A DNA stretch of 64,000 nt from Candidatus Kaiserbacteria bacterium. GTDB taxonomy: Bacteria; Patescibacteriota; Minisyncoccia; Phycocordibacterales; UBA2100. Under the pieces are notes generated by a model. That model had not been told where the DNA came from and did not search any database. It saw only the letters and a program-made list of their open reading frames with translations. A program made the translations under genes and the position numbers. The stretch is from the NCBI GenBank assembly GCA_028286865.1, contig JAQBQU010000010.1:6143-70142 (forward strand), read 5' to 3'. Each line of letters starts with the position of its first letter. Position 1 is the first letter of the stretch. Positions 15,911 through 26,502 of the stretch are shown here, piece after piece.

Positions 15911-17990
15911 CGGACTTAGGATTCGCGATCGTGTTCTTTGCCGCCTTCTTCGCGGTCTTGGTCAATTTCTCAAGCTCCCCGATCTCGTCGCGCAAAATTG
16001 CTGCCGTCTCAAAGTCGAGATCGTCGGCAGCCTGATGCATCTGACGGCGCTTTTCGGCGATGGCTTTCTTCGGATCCTTCTGCGCCGACATATCAAGTTC
16101 AGTGAGCTCAGTGACAGCTTTACGACGATTCTTTTGAATGTCGGCGGTAATATCGTGAATGCGCTTCTGAACCGTCTGCGGTGTGATGCCGTGCTTCTCG
16201 TTGTACGCCGTCTGGATCTTTCGTCTGCGGTCGGTCTCGTCGATAGCGCGCTGCATCGAGCCCGTCATATTATCCGCATACAGAATGACCTTACCGTTGA
16301 CGTTGCGCGCGGCGCGACCCATCGTCTGAATGAGGGAGGTCTCTGAGCGCAGGAACCCTTCTTTGTCGGCATCAAGAATTGCCACGAGTTCGACTTCCGG
16401 AAGGTCGAGCCCTTCGCGCAGCAGGTTGACGCCTACGAGCACATCAAAGGTCCCGCGACGGAATTCGGTGAGGATCTCGATGCGCTCGATCGTCTTTACG
16501 TCGCTGTGCAGGTATCGCACCTTGATCTTGCGCTCCTCGAGGAATGTAGCGAGATCTTCCGCCATCTTCTTGGTAAGGACCGTACACATCGTACGCGCAC
16601 CGCGAGCCGTGATCTTCTCCGCTTCCGCTATGAAATCCTTCACCTGTCCGGTGAATGTATCGGAACTTACGATCGGGCGAATGATGATCTCCGGGTCGAT
16701 GAGTCCGGTCGGGCGAATGACCTGCTCGATCGGCTTACCGCTTCGTGCGAGCTCGTAGACGCCTGGGGTGGCCGATGTATAGATGGTTTGTCCGACGCTC
16801 TTCTCGAATTCTGCAAATTTAAGCGGACGATTGTCGAGTGCGGACGGCAAGCGGAACCCGTATTCGATAAGGATATCCTTGCGAGCTTTGTCTCCGGCAT
16901 ACATACCGCCGATCTGCGGTATGGTCACGTGCGACTCGTCGATCACGGTAAGGAAGTCGGGAGTCCCGTCGGCCTTGTGCGGGAAATACGAGAGCAGCGA
17001 GTACGACGGCTCGCCCGGCTTACGTCGGTCGAAGTGTCGCGAGTAGTTCTCTATGCCGTTGCAGTACCCGAACTCATTGATCATTGAGATGTCCTGACGG
17101 GTACGACGCTTGAGCCGCTCCGCCTCCAGAATTTTTCCCTGTGTGCCCAATACTTTCAGCCGCTCTTCGAGCTCGAATTTGATATCTGCCACGGCCGCCT
17201 CCTGCACCTCTTTGGGCGTCACGTAGTGCTTTGCAGGAAATATAAATACGGCATCCTTACTCTCGCCGATCTCGCGTGTCATCGCGTCGATCTCATCGAT
17301 ATGCGTGATCTTGCCGCCGCTAAGGTCGATGCGATAGATAGTGCGCTCGTTGGCAGGCATCACCTCGATCTTCGCACCCAGTGCTCGAAATGTACCGGGC
17401 GAAAGGTCGCCGGCGACTCGCTCGAAATACATTGCAATGAATTGGCGGGTCAGCGATGCGCGGGTGTATGCATCACCTTTGGAGAGCTTGAGATTCACCT
17501 TTTGATACTCTATCGGGCTTCCCAAGCCGTAGATACATGAGACGGATGCGACAACGATCACGTCCTTGCGTGTGAGCAATGCCTGCGTCGAGGCGTGACG
17601 AAGACGCTCGATGTCCTCGTTGATCATTGCCTCCTTCTCGATGTACGTGTCGGTCACCGCCATGTACGCCTCCGGCTGGTAGTAGTCGTAATACGAAACG
17701 AAATAATGTACCGCAGCATCGGGGAAGAAATCACGATACTCCGCCGCGAGCTGCGCGGCGAGCGTTTTGTTGTGAGCGATGACGAGTGTTGGCTTTTGGA
17801 TCTGTTCGATCACATTGGCGATGGTGAACGTCTTACCCGAGCCCGTGACGCCGAGGAGCGTCTGGTCGCGCTGTCCGGCCTTCACCCCCTTTACGAGCGC
17901 TTCTATCGCCTTGGGCTGGTCGCCCGCAGGTGTATATGAGGATTTAATATTGAGCGACATATCCATGTACTCTACCAAAATAGTTGCCAA
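15891..17990 (-). CDS. uvrB: Excinuclease ABC subunit B
   Basis: 699 aa with GVTGSGKTFT, DESHVTIPQ, helicase motifs and a C-terminal UVR motif (FETAAILRDEIGELE). Confidence 0.95.
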   Translation of the reverse strand: MATILVEYMDMSLNIKSSYTPAGDQPKAIEALVKGVKAGQRDQTLLGVTGSGKTFTIANVIEQIQKPTLVIAHNKTLAAQLAAEYRDFFPDAAVHYFVSYYDYYQPEAYMAVTDTYIEKEAMINEDIERLRHASTQALLTRKDVIVVASVSCIYGLGSPIEYQKVNLKLSKGDAYTRASLTRQFIAMYFERVAGDLSPGTFRALGAKIEVMPANERTIYRIDLSGGKITHIDEIDAMTREIGESKDAVFIFPAKHYVTPKEVQEAAVADIKFELEERLKVLGTQGKILEAERLKRRTRQDISMINEFGYCNGIENYSRHFDRRKPGEPSYSLLSYFPHKADGTPDFLTVIDESHVTIPQIGGMYAGDKARKDILIEYGFRLPSALDNRPLKFAEFEKSVGQTIYTSATPGVYELARSGKPIEQVIRPTGLIDPEIIIRPIVSSDTFTGQVKDFIAEAEKITARGARTMCTVLTKKMAEDLATFLEERKIKVRYLHSDVKTIERIEILTEFRRGTFDVLVGVNLLREGLDLPEVELVAILDADKEGFLRSETSLIQTMGRAARNVNGKVILYADNMTGSMQRAIDETDRRRKIQTAYNEKHGITPQTVQKRIHDITADIQKNRRKAVTELTELDMSAQKDPKKAIAEKRRQMHQAADDLDFETAAILRDEIGELEKLTKTAKKAAKNTIANPKSDEEYGA

Positions 17991-17997
17991 ATGAAGA

Positions 17998-18018
17998 GGC
18001 CCGGCAAAATACCGGGCC
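17998..18018 (-). terminator. Hairpin terminator after the zinc-ribbon gene
   Basis: GGCCCGG-CAAAATA-CCGGGCC. On the minus strand it is followed by UCUUCAUUU. Confidence 0.5.
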
Positions 18019-18062
18019 TATCCACAGAACTGAAAGATCTATCCGTCCCCGAAAAAGCGCTT

Positions 18063-18233
18063 CTAGGCTTTTGCGGCCTGCTCGTCGATCACCATTGCGT
18101 AGCCGCAATTGCTGCATGTGAACGTGCCCGGTGCATTAGGCACCTCGTTCATCGTGCTATTACACGACCCGCACAGATGCTTGGTCGCCGATGCCGAAGG
18201 CAGTGGAGAAGCTTGAACCGCTTCGCAGCTCAT
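18063..18233 (-). CDS. Small zinc-ribbon protein
   Basis: ORF 18063-18305. The internal ATG at 18233 has a GGGGA RBS 8 nt upstream. There are two CxxC pairs (CGSC ... CSNC). Confidence 0.45.
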   Translation of the reverse strand: MSCEAVQASPLPSASATKHLCGSCNSTMNEVPNAPGTFTCSNCGYAMVIDEQAAKA

Positions 18234-18334
18234 CGTTGTATCCCCGTAGTTGTTTGAGTAGAAATAAGCGATACGCAATCGACGCACTGGGAGACACTCT
18301 GGCATTTCGATGCTGAAGCTCAGGTGAAGAATAG

Positions 18335-18362
18335 AAAAAGGCGGCCACGAGGACCACCTTTT
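18335..18362 (-). terminator. Hairpin terminator after the 53-aa ORF
   Basis: Minus strand: AAAAGGUGGUC-CUCGU-GGCCGCCUUUU followed by UCUAUU. Confidence 0.45.
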
Positions 18363-18388
18363 GCATTACAAATCTCTTACTCGGATCT

Positions 18389-18550
18389 TCAGTTTGAGGT
18401 CGAAACTAGCGGTGTCATCCACGGATAGACACCCGTCTCGCGCTCTGTTGTGCATTTGCGCACGAGCGCCACAAGGGCTTCGCTCGGCGGTTCCGTATAT
18501 GCCCGGAGCGCACGTATCAACTCATCCAGATCTGCATTGTCAGCGGCCAT
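18389..18550 (-). CDS. Hypothetical 53-aa protein (below the ORF-track cutoff)
   Basis: Hand translation gives MAADNADLDELIRALRAYTEPPSEALVALVRKCTTERETGVYPWMTPLVSTSN. It has a GGGGGA RBS and lies between its own promoter and terminator. Confidence 0.4.
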   Translation of the reverse strand: MAADNADLDELIRALRAYTEPPSEALVALVRKCTTERETGVYPWMTPLVSTSN

Positions 18551-18613
18551 TTATTCCCCCGTTTGACCGTCGAAAATTACGCGATGAATACGCGAACGCA
18601 ATTACTAAAGTGT

Positions 18614-18665
18614 ATTATAGCACAGATATAAGTCACTTGCAATAGGTATAAAAGTCCGCTACTAT
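18614..18665. promoter_or_regulatory. Back-to-back divergent promoters sharing one palindromic -35 hexamer
   Basis: TTGCAA at 18637-18642 is its own reverse complement. Plus strand: TTGCAA, 17 nt, TACTAT (18660-18665). Minus strand: TTGCAA, 17 nt, TATAAT (complement of 18614-18619). Confidence 0.45.
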
Positions 18666-18693
18666 CACCCCAGCGATCACGAGGGCAGGTCTA

Positions 18694-18864
18694 ATGGGAC
18701 ATAAGAAACCGCACAAATCGAAGGGTAAGGGTAAGAAAAACAAGAAGAAGGGGTCGAAGAAAGACGGTGGTCAGCCAGTAGTTGCGGTTGTTGTTGAAGA
18801 GTTAATGGACTCGCGAAGGGGTAGCTGGATATCGGCACCGCGACGCATCCACAGTGACGACTGA
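18694..18864 (+). CDS. Hypothetical 56-aa lysine-rich protein (below the ORF-track cutoff)
   Basis: Hand translation gives MGHKKPHKSKGKGKKNKKKGSKKDGGQPVVAVVVEELMDSRRGSWISAPRRIHSDD. It has a GAGGG RBS and is followed by the terminator at 18890-18911. Confidence 0.4.
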   Translation: MGHKKPHKSKGKGKKNKKKGSKKDGGQPVVAVVVEELMDSRRGSWISAPRRIHSDD

Positions 18865-18889
18865 ATGTCGTCCGAGAGAAAACGTTTTC

Positions 18890-18910
18890 GAGGCGGCCAT
18901 GTGGCCGCCT

Positions 18911-18911
<1 letters not shown>
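18890..18911. terminator. Bidirectional terminator
   Basis: GAGGCGGCC-ATGT-GGCCGCCTC followed by TACTTTTTG. It abuts the tgt stop codon. Confidence 0.6.
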
Positions 18912-20167
<1,256 letters not shown>

Positions 20168-20305
20168 CTATTTGCTGCGCGGGATCGAGCGGCGGTTCTT
20201 GTTGCCAAACTGATTCGCGCGAGATGCGATGCGCGGCGGTGTTTGAGCGCGCTGCTTATCGAAATGCGGCTTATTGTTGTTCTTGTCTAATCCTCCTCCT
20301 TTCAT
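20168..20305 (-). CDS. Hypothetical 45-aa basic peptide
   Basis: Hand translation gives MKGGGLDKNNNKPHFDKQRAQTPPRIASRANQFGNKNRRSIPRSK. It starts 13 nt after the tyrS stop and was not reported in the ORF track. Confidence 0.3.
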   Translation of the reverse strand: MKGGGLDKNNNKPHFDKQRAQTPPRIASRANQFGNKNRRSIPRSK

Positions 20306-20317
20306 ATGTTCATTATA

Positions 20318-21556
20318 TCACTCCTTAACAAGCACACTAATATTACGCTTCCCTCTTTTGAGGATAGCTGCGCCCTTTGAAAAGTCGGATTCTTCGAACA
20401 GACGCTTCTCGTCGCTCAGGCTCTCGCCATTGAGGTAGATAGCGCCTGATGAAAGAAATTGTCGTGCTTGGGTCTTCGATTCCGCGAGACCGCTCTCAAT
20501 GATCGCATCGATCAGCGGACTGCCTACTGCGATCTTTCTGCTTGGGGCATCTGTCGCAATAGCACTCCACCCTTCTTCGGATATTTCCGCATCGCCGAAG
20601 AGGGCCTCGGTCACGAGCTGAGCGCGGTGCGCTGCATCCGCACCGTGCACGATCGTGACCACTTCGATCGCAAGGGAGCGCTGGGCCAGGCGCTTTGAAG
20701 GATCGGTCTTGTGACCGAGCATGATGGCTTCAATATCTGACCAATTCAGAAGTGTGAGCTTCAGCAGATACTCCTCGACGACGTCGTCCTCGCTGTTGAG
20801 CAGGAACTGATACATCTCAAATGGCGTCGTCTTCTTCGGGTCGAGCCAGATCGCACCGCTTTCGGACTTGCCGAATTTCTTGCCTGTGGATTTATTCACA
20901 ATGAGCGGCCAGGTAAGTGCGTAGACTGTCTTCTCCGTTTTTCGTCGTATGAACTCAACTCCCGCAAGAATATTGCTCCACTGGTCCGAGCCTCCCACCT
21001 GCAGGTCGCAGCCATATTCCTGATTGAGATGTAGATAGTCGTAGCCCTGCAAAAGTGAATAGCTGAATTCGGTGAACGAAATAGGAGATTCCTTGGCGAG
21101 ACGGTCATGAACGATATCCTTCTTGATCATCGAATTGACCGTAAAGTGCTTGCCGATGTCACGCAAAAATTCCAGAAGCGAAAGCTTCGAGAGCCACGCG
21201 GCATTATTTACCTCGGTGAAATCGTCCGTTCCGAATACCTTCCGGATCTGAGCCGCGACTGCCGTAGAATTCCTTTTGATGGTCTCCTCGTCGAGCAGAT
21301 TTCGCTCTTCACTCTTTCCTCCCGGGTCGCCTATCATTCCCGTGCCGCCGCCGGTAAGGAGTATCACCTTGTGACCGTCTTCAAGGAATCGGCGCAACAC
21401 CAAAAGACCCATCAGATTGCCGATATGAAGCGAATCGGCCGACGGGTCGATACCGAGATATACCGTGCGCTTGGCACCATCGGTGATCTCCTCAAGTGTC
21501 TCCGAAGACTGCTGATATGCGTAGCCGCGTTCCTTCAATACTTCGGACAATTTCAT
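20318..21556 (-). CDS. tyrS: Tyrosine--tRNA ligase
   Basis: 412 aa with HIGNL (the HIGH motif), KFGKS (the KMSKS motif) and a C-terminal S4-like domain. Confidence 0.95.
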   Translation of the reverse strand: MKLSEVLKERGYAYQQSSETLEEITDGAKRTVYLGIDPSADSLHIGNLMGLLVLRRFLEDGHKVILLTGGGTGMIGDPGGKSEERNLLDEETIKRNSTAVAAQIRKVFGTDDFTEVNNAAWLSKLSLLEFLRDIGKHFTVNSMIKKDIVHDRLAKESPISFTEFSYSLLQGYDYLHLNQEYGCDLQVGGSDQWSNILAGVEFIRRKTEKTVYALTWPLIVNKSTGKKFGKSESGAIWLDPKKTTPFEMYQFLLNSEDDVVEEYLLKLTLLNWSDIEAIMLGHKTDPSKRLAQRSLAIEVVTIVHGADAAHRAQLVTEALFGDAEISEEGWSAIATDAPSRKIAVGSPLIDAIIESGLAESKTQARQFLSSGAIYLNGESLSDEKRLFEESDFSKGAAILKRGKRNISVLVKE

Positions 21557-21582
21557 GCCAAAAATATACCACGGAAATGGGC

Positions 21583-22632
21583 TTAGGCCTGCGGGTCGGG
21601 CATGACCGTATAGAGCGCCTCGATATCTTTCATCACATCGGCGCTGAGCTTGATATCAGCACTGGCGATGTCGGCTTTGAGCTGCTCCATTGATGTGCAG
21701 CCGATAATATTCGCGGTCACGAACGGGCGGTCGTTGGTGAATGAGAGCGCCATCTGAGCAGGGTCGAGTCCATGCTTATGCGCAAGATCGACATATGCCT
21801 GAATACCTGACTGAAGATGAGGGGCATTGTATCGGGCTCGATTGCGAGCGTAGAGCGTGTGTCGCGCGCCCGGCGGATTCGCACCTCCAAGGTACTTGCC
21901 ACTGAGCGCTCCGCCGCCGAGTGAGGAATATGGAAGCAGGCCGACATTTTCATGCATGCACATTTCGGATAGACCGATCTCAAAGAGACGGTTCATGATC
22001 GAGTATTGATTCTGGATGGTTATCACGCGGGGAAGACCTTTTTCTTTTGCGACTCGTAGATACTCCGAAAGTCCCCACGGTGTTTCGTTGGAAATGCCGA
22101 TAAAGCGGACCTTGCCCGCCTTTACGATCTCGCCGAGCGCCTCGAGTGTCTCTTCTATCGGAGTTACATCCTCATCAACGATGTTCTCAAAATTGCGAAT
22201 ACCGAAGAAGTTGGTCGAACGCTCCGGCCAGTGCACCTGATACAGATCGATGTAATCGGTCTGAAGTCGAGAGAGCGTGCCGTCAATTGCGGCGAGTATG
22301 TTCTTTTTATTGTAACGGGTGCGATCACCTTCGATCGGGCGAGTACGGATCAGATTCGATGACGCGACCTTGCTCGCGATGATGAGGTCGTCGCGTTTGC
22401 CACGTTTAGCAAGCCAATTGCCGACGTATCTCTCGGTTGTCCCCTGCTTCTCCGGCTCGGGTGGGATCGGGTACATCTCGGCGCTGTCGATAAAATTGAT
22501 CTCTCCGACCGTCGTCGCGTAATCAAGCTGCTCATGCGCCTCGGCTTCGGTGTTCTGCTGACCCCAGTTCATGGTGCCGAGGCAGATCTTCGAGACTTCC
22601 AGTCCCGTATTAGAAAGTTTTCTGTATTCCAT
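21583..22632 (-). CDS. Aldo/keto reductase (Tas-like NADP-dependent oxidoreductase)
   Basis: 349 aa. The N-terminus YRKLSNTGLEVSKICLGTMNWG and the overall layout are AKR-like. Confidence 0.85.
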   Translation of the reverse strand: MEYRKLSNTGLEVSKICLGTMNWGQQNTEAEAHEQLDYATTVGEINFIDSAEMYPIPPEPEKQGTTERYVGNWLAKRGKRDDLIIASKVASSNLIRTRPIEGDRTRYNKKNILAAIDGTLSRLQTDYIDLYQVHWPERSTNFFGIRNFENIVDEDVTPIEETLEALGEIVKAGKVRFIGISNETPWGLSEYLRVAKEKGLPRVITIQNQYSIMNRLFEIGLSEMCMHENVGLLPYSSLGGGALSGKYLGGANPPGARHTLYARNRARYNAPHLQSGIQAYVDLAHKHGLDPAQMALSFTNDRPFVTANIIGCTSMEQLKADIASADIKLSADVMKDIEALYTVMPDPQA

Positions 22633-22657
22633 AGTCGCGCATTATAGCAAAAGCTAT

Positions 22658-23317
22658 TTATCCCAAATGAGCGTGGTCGTTATACGTCCACAATTTCCAT
22701 TTTGGGGCCGCATTCTGATATCCGCCCGCATATTGAACCACCGAGATGCCCGTATTTTCCGAAGAAACACTTGATTGAATATTCCTAAAATTTTCCGGCG
22801 ACAACGTATCTCCCAGTATCACGCGAGCGAGCATGGTACGGAGAAAAAATCCGTGGGTAACGACCAAGATACCTTTTTCCGGACGACTTAGCAGATACGC
22901 GAGCGCCTTATCTGCTCTCGCCAGCAGATCGGAATAATTTTCACCGTCACGCACTCTGACCGACGGGTCGCCCTGACTTTTGTGCCACTGAAGCCACAAT
23001 GCGTTTGCTTCAGGGTCTGAGTACATTTTACCCGCGAGTCCGGTCGGCTTTACCGATTCAATGAAGAGCTCCGAATATTCGGGTGTCTTACCGGTCTTTC
23101 GCGCAATAGCCTCGGCGGTATCCTTTGTTCGCGGATGCGGGCTGCTGATCAAGGCATCGAACTCGATCTCTGCGGCCCTACTCGCGATCATGTCGGCCTG
23201 CATGACCCCGGTTTCCGTCAGCGGGGAATCGTCAGACTGGAAGCGCGGCGCCACATTGTCCTCACTTTGCCCGTGCCGCACGAAGTACACAGTTTTTTCC
23301 GCTTTCGGATCGAACAT
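22658..23317 (-). CDS. Histidine phosphatase family protein
   Basis: 219 aa with the RHG motif VYFVRHGQSEDN and a later HGFFLR. Confidence 0.8.
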   Translation of the reverse strand: MFDPKAEKTVYFVRHGQSEDNVAPRFQSDDSPLTETGVMQADMIASRAAEIEFDALISSPHPRTKDTAEAIARKTGKTPEYSELFIESVKPTGLAGKMYSDPEANALWLQWHKSQGDPSVRVRDGENYSDLLARADKALAYLLSRPEKGILVVTHGFFLRTMLARVILGDTLSPENFRNIQSSVSSENTGISVVQYAGGYQNAAPKWKLWTYNDHAHLG

Positions 23318-23323
23318 ACTCGG

Positions 23324-23875
23324 TTATTGCTGCACCAGCTCCGCGAAGCGCTTCTTTACTTTCTCGATCTTGGGCTCGATGACCACCTGACAGTAGGGAG
23401 CGGAGGTATTCTGCGCATAGTAATCCTTGTGATAGGACTCAGCGGGATAGAAGGTATCAAGCGGGAGTATCTGCGTCACAACGCTCGTTCCGTCGGTGAG
23501 TGAATCCTGAATGTCTTTCGCGATGCGCTCCGCCGCAGTCTTCTCCTCTTCATTGGCATAGAAGATCACCGAACGGTACTGCTCACCGACATCAGCTCCC
23601 TGCCGGTTGGGTGTCGTAGGGTCGTGAGAGCCGAAGAATACGGTGAACAGATCTTCGAGCGTGATGATCTGCGGGTCATACGTCACCCGGATCACTTCCG
23701 CATGCCCCGTATTCCCTTCCGATACGCGCTCGTACGTCGGACTCCGTCCGTCGGCTGACGGATTCCCTCCCGCATACCCGGGCTCAATGGCGCTCACGCC
23801 CTTGAGCATTTTGAATACGGCCTCCGTGCACCAAAAGCACCCGCCTCCGAATACGATGGTCTGCGTTGCGCTCAT
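23324..23875 (-). CDS. msrA: Peptide-methionine (S)-S-oxide reductase
   Basis: ORF 23324-23980. The conserved part starts at the ATG at 23875 (MSATQTIVFGGGCFWCTEAVF). Confidence 0.9.
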   Translation of the reverse strand: MSATQTIVFGGGCFWCTEAVFKMLKGVSAIEPGYAGGNPSADGRSPTYERVSEGNTGHAEVIRVTYDPQIITLEDLFTVFFGSHDPTTPNRQGADVGEQYRSVIFYANEEEKTAAERIAKDIQDSLTDGTSVVTQILPLDTFYPAESYHKDYYAQNTSAPYCQVVIEPKIEKVKKRFAELVQQ

Positions 23876-23957
23876 ATGACTGATTATACGCCAAGCCGTG
23901 AAATAATACGTATGTTCACGATGTATTAAGCTCGTAACCTCGTAATTCTTCTTTTTC

Positions 23958-25787
23958 ATGCAAGCACATATATCCCGCATCGCCGGGCTTAAGAAGTACG
24001 TGATCGCTCACAAAGTATTGAGCGGTTTTCTCGCCGTGGTCATTCTGGGTGTCGGCTACGCGGGATACAAGCATTTCAATCCGGTCGTCGTACAGACCCG
24101 CTACGTGCTGAGCAATGTCGCGACAGGTACTATCGTCGCGGTCGTTTCCGGCTCCGGGCAGGTGTCTGCTTCTAACCAAGTCGATATCAAGCCAAAGGCA
24201 TCCGGCGACGTAACAGCGGTATTGGTGGCAGAAGGACAGTACGTGGGTTCCGGTGCCGCTATCGCATATATAGACGCGACCGATGCGCAGAAAGCGGTGC
24301 GCGATGCGCAAACCAGCCTTGAGACGGCACAGCTGAGTCTCGAAAAATTGCAGCAGCCTGCCGACACGCTCACGCTGACCCAGGCGCAGAATAATCTGGC
24401 GCGCGCGCAAGAATCACAACAGAGCGCGCAGGATGCGTTGCCAAAAGCGTATGACGATGCGTACACGCAGATAGATTCGGTGTATCAGAACCTGCCGAAC
24501 GTCGTGACCGGGCTCAATTCCATTATCTTTGGCACCGACCGCACGCTCGGCGGCTCAGGACAGTGGAATATCGATTACTACGCCAACTCAATAAATACTC
24601 AGCGAAATAGCCTTGATGCGAACGCTCCTCGGCAGCAGGTCATCGACGGCTACAATGCCGCCAAGAGCGCTTACGATAAGGCGGCAGCTGATTATCAGTC
24701 GGCCTCACGCGCACAAAGCCAGGCAGCAACTGACGCGCTTCTTTCGGAGACCATAAATGCGGTGACGCTCACCTCTGCCGCGGTAAAGAATGCGAGCAAT
24801 TTCATCCAGCTCTATAAGGATACATTCAGCGCAAAGAACGTTACCAGTTCCCCCACCGCTGACACGCACATTACGACTCTGAGCGGGTATATTTCAACGA
24901 CCAACTCCGAACAAGCCGGGGTCAAGTCTTCACAGGCGTCGATAAAGAATGCCCAGCAAGCCATCACTGATGCGATCCGCTCGGTAGCAGAAAGCCAGGC
25001 CTCACTTACCAAGACCACAGGCGGCCCGGATTCGCTCGACCTCCGCTCCGCACAGATCACCGTACAGCAACGCAAAGACGCGCTGACCGATGCGCAGAAT
25101 ACTCTTGCCGATTATTCGATACGTGCGCCGTTCGCAGGCACTATCGCCAAACTCGATCTGCACAAAGGTGACAGTGTCTCTACGGGAACTACTGCGGCGA
25201 CGATCATCACTAAGCAAGACATTGCCGAGCTTTCGCTCAATGAGATAGATGCTACAAAAGTGAAAATGGGTCAAAAAGTGACGCTCACCTTCGATGCAAT
25301 AGACGGGCTCACCGTGACCGGTGAGGTCGCATCTATCGATTCGCTCGGTACGGTGACGCAGGGCGTCGTTTCGTACGCGGTAAAAATAGGATTTGATACG
25401 CAGGATGCTCGCGTAAAGCCCGGCATGACGGTCAATGCGGATATCCAGACTGACGTACGGCAGAACGTGCTGGTGGTGCCGTCAGGCGCCGTAAAGACCT
25501 CCAACGGATCGAGTTACGTACAGATGTTTACCCCGCCGCTGACAGACACCGGGACGGGCAACGCGGGAGTGACGACGACGCAGATCCCCCAGAGCGTACA
25601 GGTAACCATAGGCATTACCGACGGCACTAACACCGAGATCACTGCGGGACTCGCGGCCGGTGATCAGGTCGTAGCGCGTACAACGACCACCAGCGGCACA
25701 GCGACCGCAGCTGCAACTGCGGCAACAAGTAGGACGGGCGCTCGCGGACCGACCGGAGGCACTGCGGTCGGCGGAATTCGTCTCTAG
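23958..25787 (+). CDS. Efflux adaptor (HlyD/MacA-like membrane fusion protein)
   Basis: 609 aa with an N-terminal TM helix, a lipoyl-like segment, a very long Q/A/S/T-rich coiled coil and beta-barrel segments. It sits directly upstream of the ABC ATPase and permease genes. Confidence 0.8.
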   Translation: MQAHISRIAGLKKYVIAHKVLSGFLAVVILGVGYAGYKHFNPVVVQTRYVLSNVATGTIVAVVSGSGQVSASNQVDIKPKASGDVTAVLVAEGQYVGSGAAIAYIDATDAQKAVRDAQTSLETAQLSLEKLQQPADTLTLTQAQNNLARAQESQQSAQDALPKAYDDAYTQIDSVYQNLPNVVTGLNSIIFGTDRTLGGSGQWNIDYYANSINTQRNSLDANAPRQQVIDGYNAAKSAYDKAAADYQSASRAQSQAATDALLSETINAVTLTSAAVKNASNFIQLYKDTFSAKNVTSSPTADTHITTLSGYISTTNSEQAGVKSSQASIKNAQQAITDAIRSVAESQASLTKTTGGPDSLDLRSAQITVQQRKDALTDAQNTLADYSIRAPFAGTIAKLDLHKGDSVSTGTTAATIITKQDIAELSLNEIDATKVKMGQKVTLTFDAIDGLTVTGEVASIDSLGTVTQGVVSYAVKIGFDTQDARVKPGMTVNADIQTDVRQNVLVVPSGAVKTSNGSSYVQMFTPPLTDTGTGNAGVTTTQIPQSVQVTIGITDGTNTEITAGLAAGDQVVARTTTTSGTATAAATAATSRTGARGPTGGTAVGGIRL

Positions 25788-25789
25788 CC

Positions 25790-26500
25790 ATGATCGAGGT
25801 TAAGAACATCACAAAGACGTACGGCGCGGGAGATACTGCCTTCCAAGCGCTCAAAGGAATTTCGTTTGATATTCAAGACGGCGAATTCGTCGCCATTATG
25901 GGACCGTCAGGCTCGGGCAAATCGACGTTGATGCACATTCTCGGCTGTCTTGATACGCCGACGTCGGGCACATACAAACTCGATAACAAAGACGTCTCAA
26001 AAATGGACGACGAAGAGCTTGCGGATATCCGCAAGGACAAGATCGGATTCGTGTTCCAGGCGTTTAATCTACTTCCCCGCACTACCGTGCTTCGCAACGT
26101 GATGCTCCCGCTTATCTACGCGGGAGTGGACGCCGATGAGCGCGAAGCGCGCGCAGAAAAGTCGTTGCTCGCCGCCGGCATGACCGAGGCGCACTTTGCG
26201 CACAAGAGCAACGAACTCTCGGGTGGTCAGATACAGCGTGTGGCCATCGCACGCGCGCTCGTCAATGACCCGTCGCTTATTTTGGCAGACGAACCGACCG
26301 GTAATCTCGACACCAAGACCGGCGAGATCGTCCTCGGGACATTTCAGAAGCTCAATGAGGAACACGGGCGCACGATCATACTTATTACACACGAACCCGA
26401 TGTCGCCGAGCATGCACAGCGCATCATCCATATCCGAGACGGTGAGATCCTCTCCGACAAGAAACATCCGCAGCGCAAGGCGCGGCATCATGCGCAATAG
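25790..26500 (+). CDS. ABC transporter ATP-binding protein (MacB/LolD type)
   Basis: Walker [10 protein letters not shown], signature [15 protein letters not shown], Walker [13 protein letters not shown]. Confidence 0.9.
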   Translation: MIEVKNITKTYGAGDTAFQALKGISFDIQDGEFVAIMGPSGSGKSTLMHILGCLDTPTSGTYKLDNKDVSKMDDEELADIRKDKIGFVFQAFNLLPRTTVLRNVMLPLIYAGVDADEREARAEKSLLAAGMTEAHFAHKSNELSGGQIQRVAIARALVNDPSLILADEPTGNLDTKTGEIVLGTFQKLNEEHGRTIILITHEPDVAEHAQRIIHIRDGEILSDKKHPQRKARHHAQ

Positions 26501-26502
26501 AT

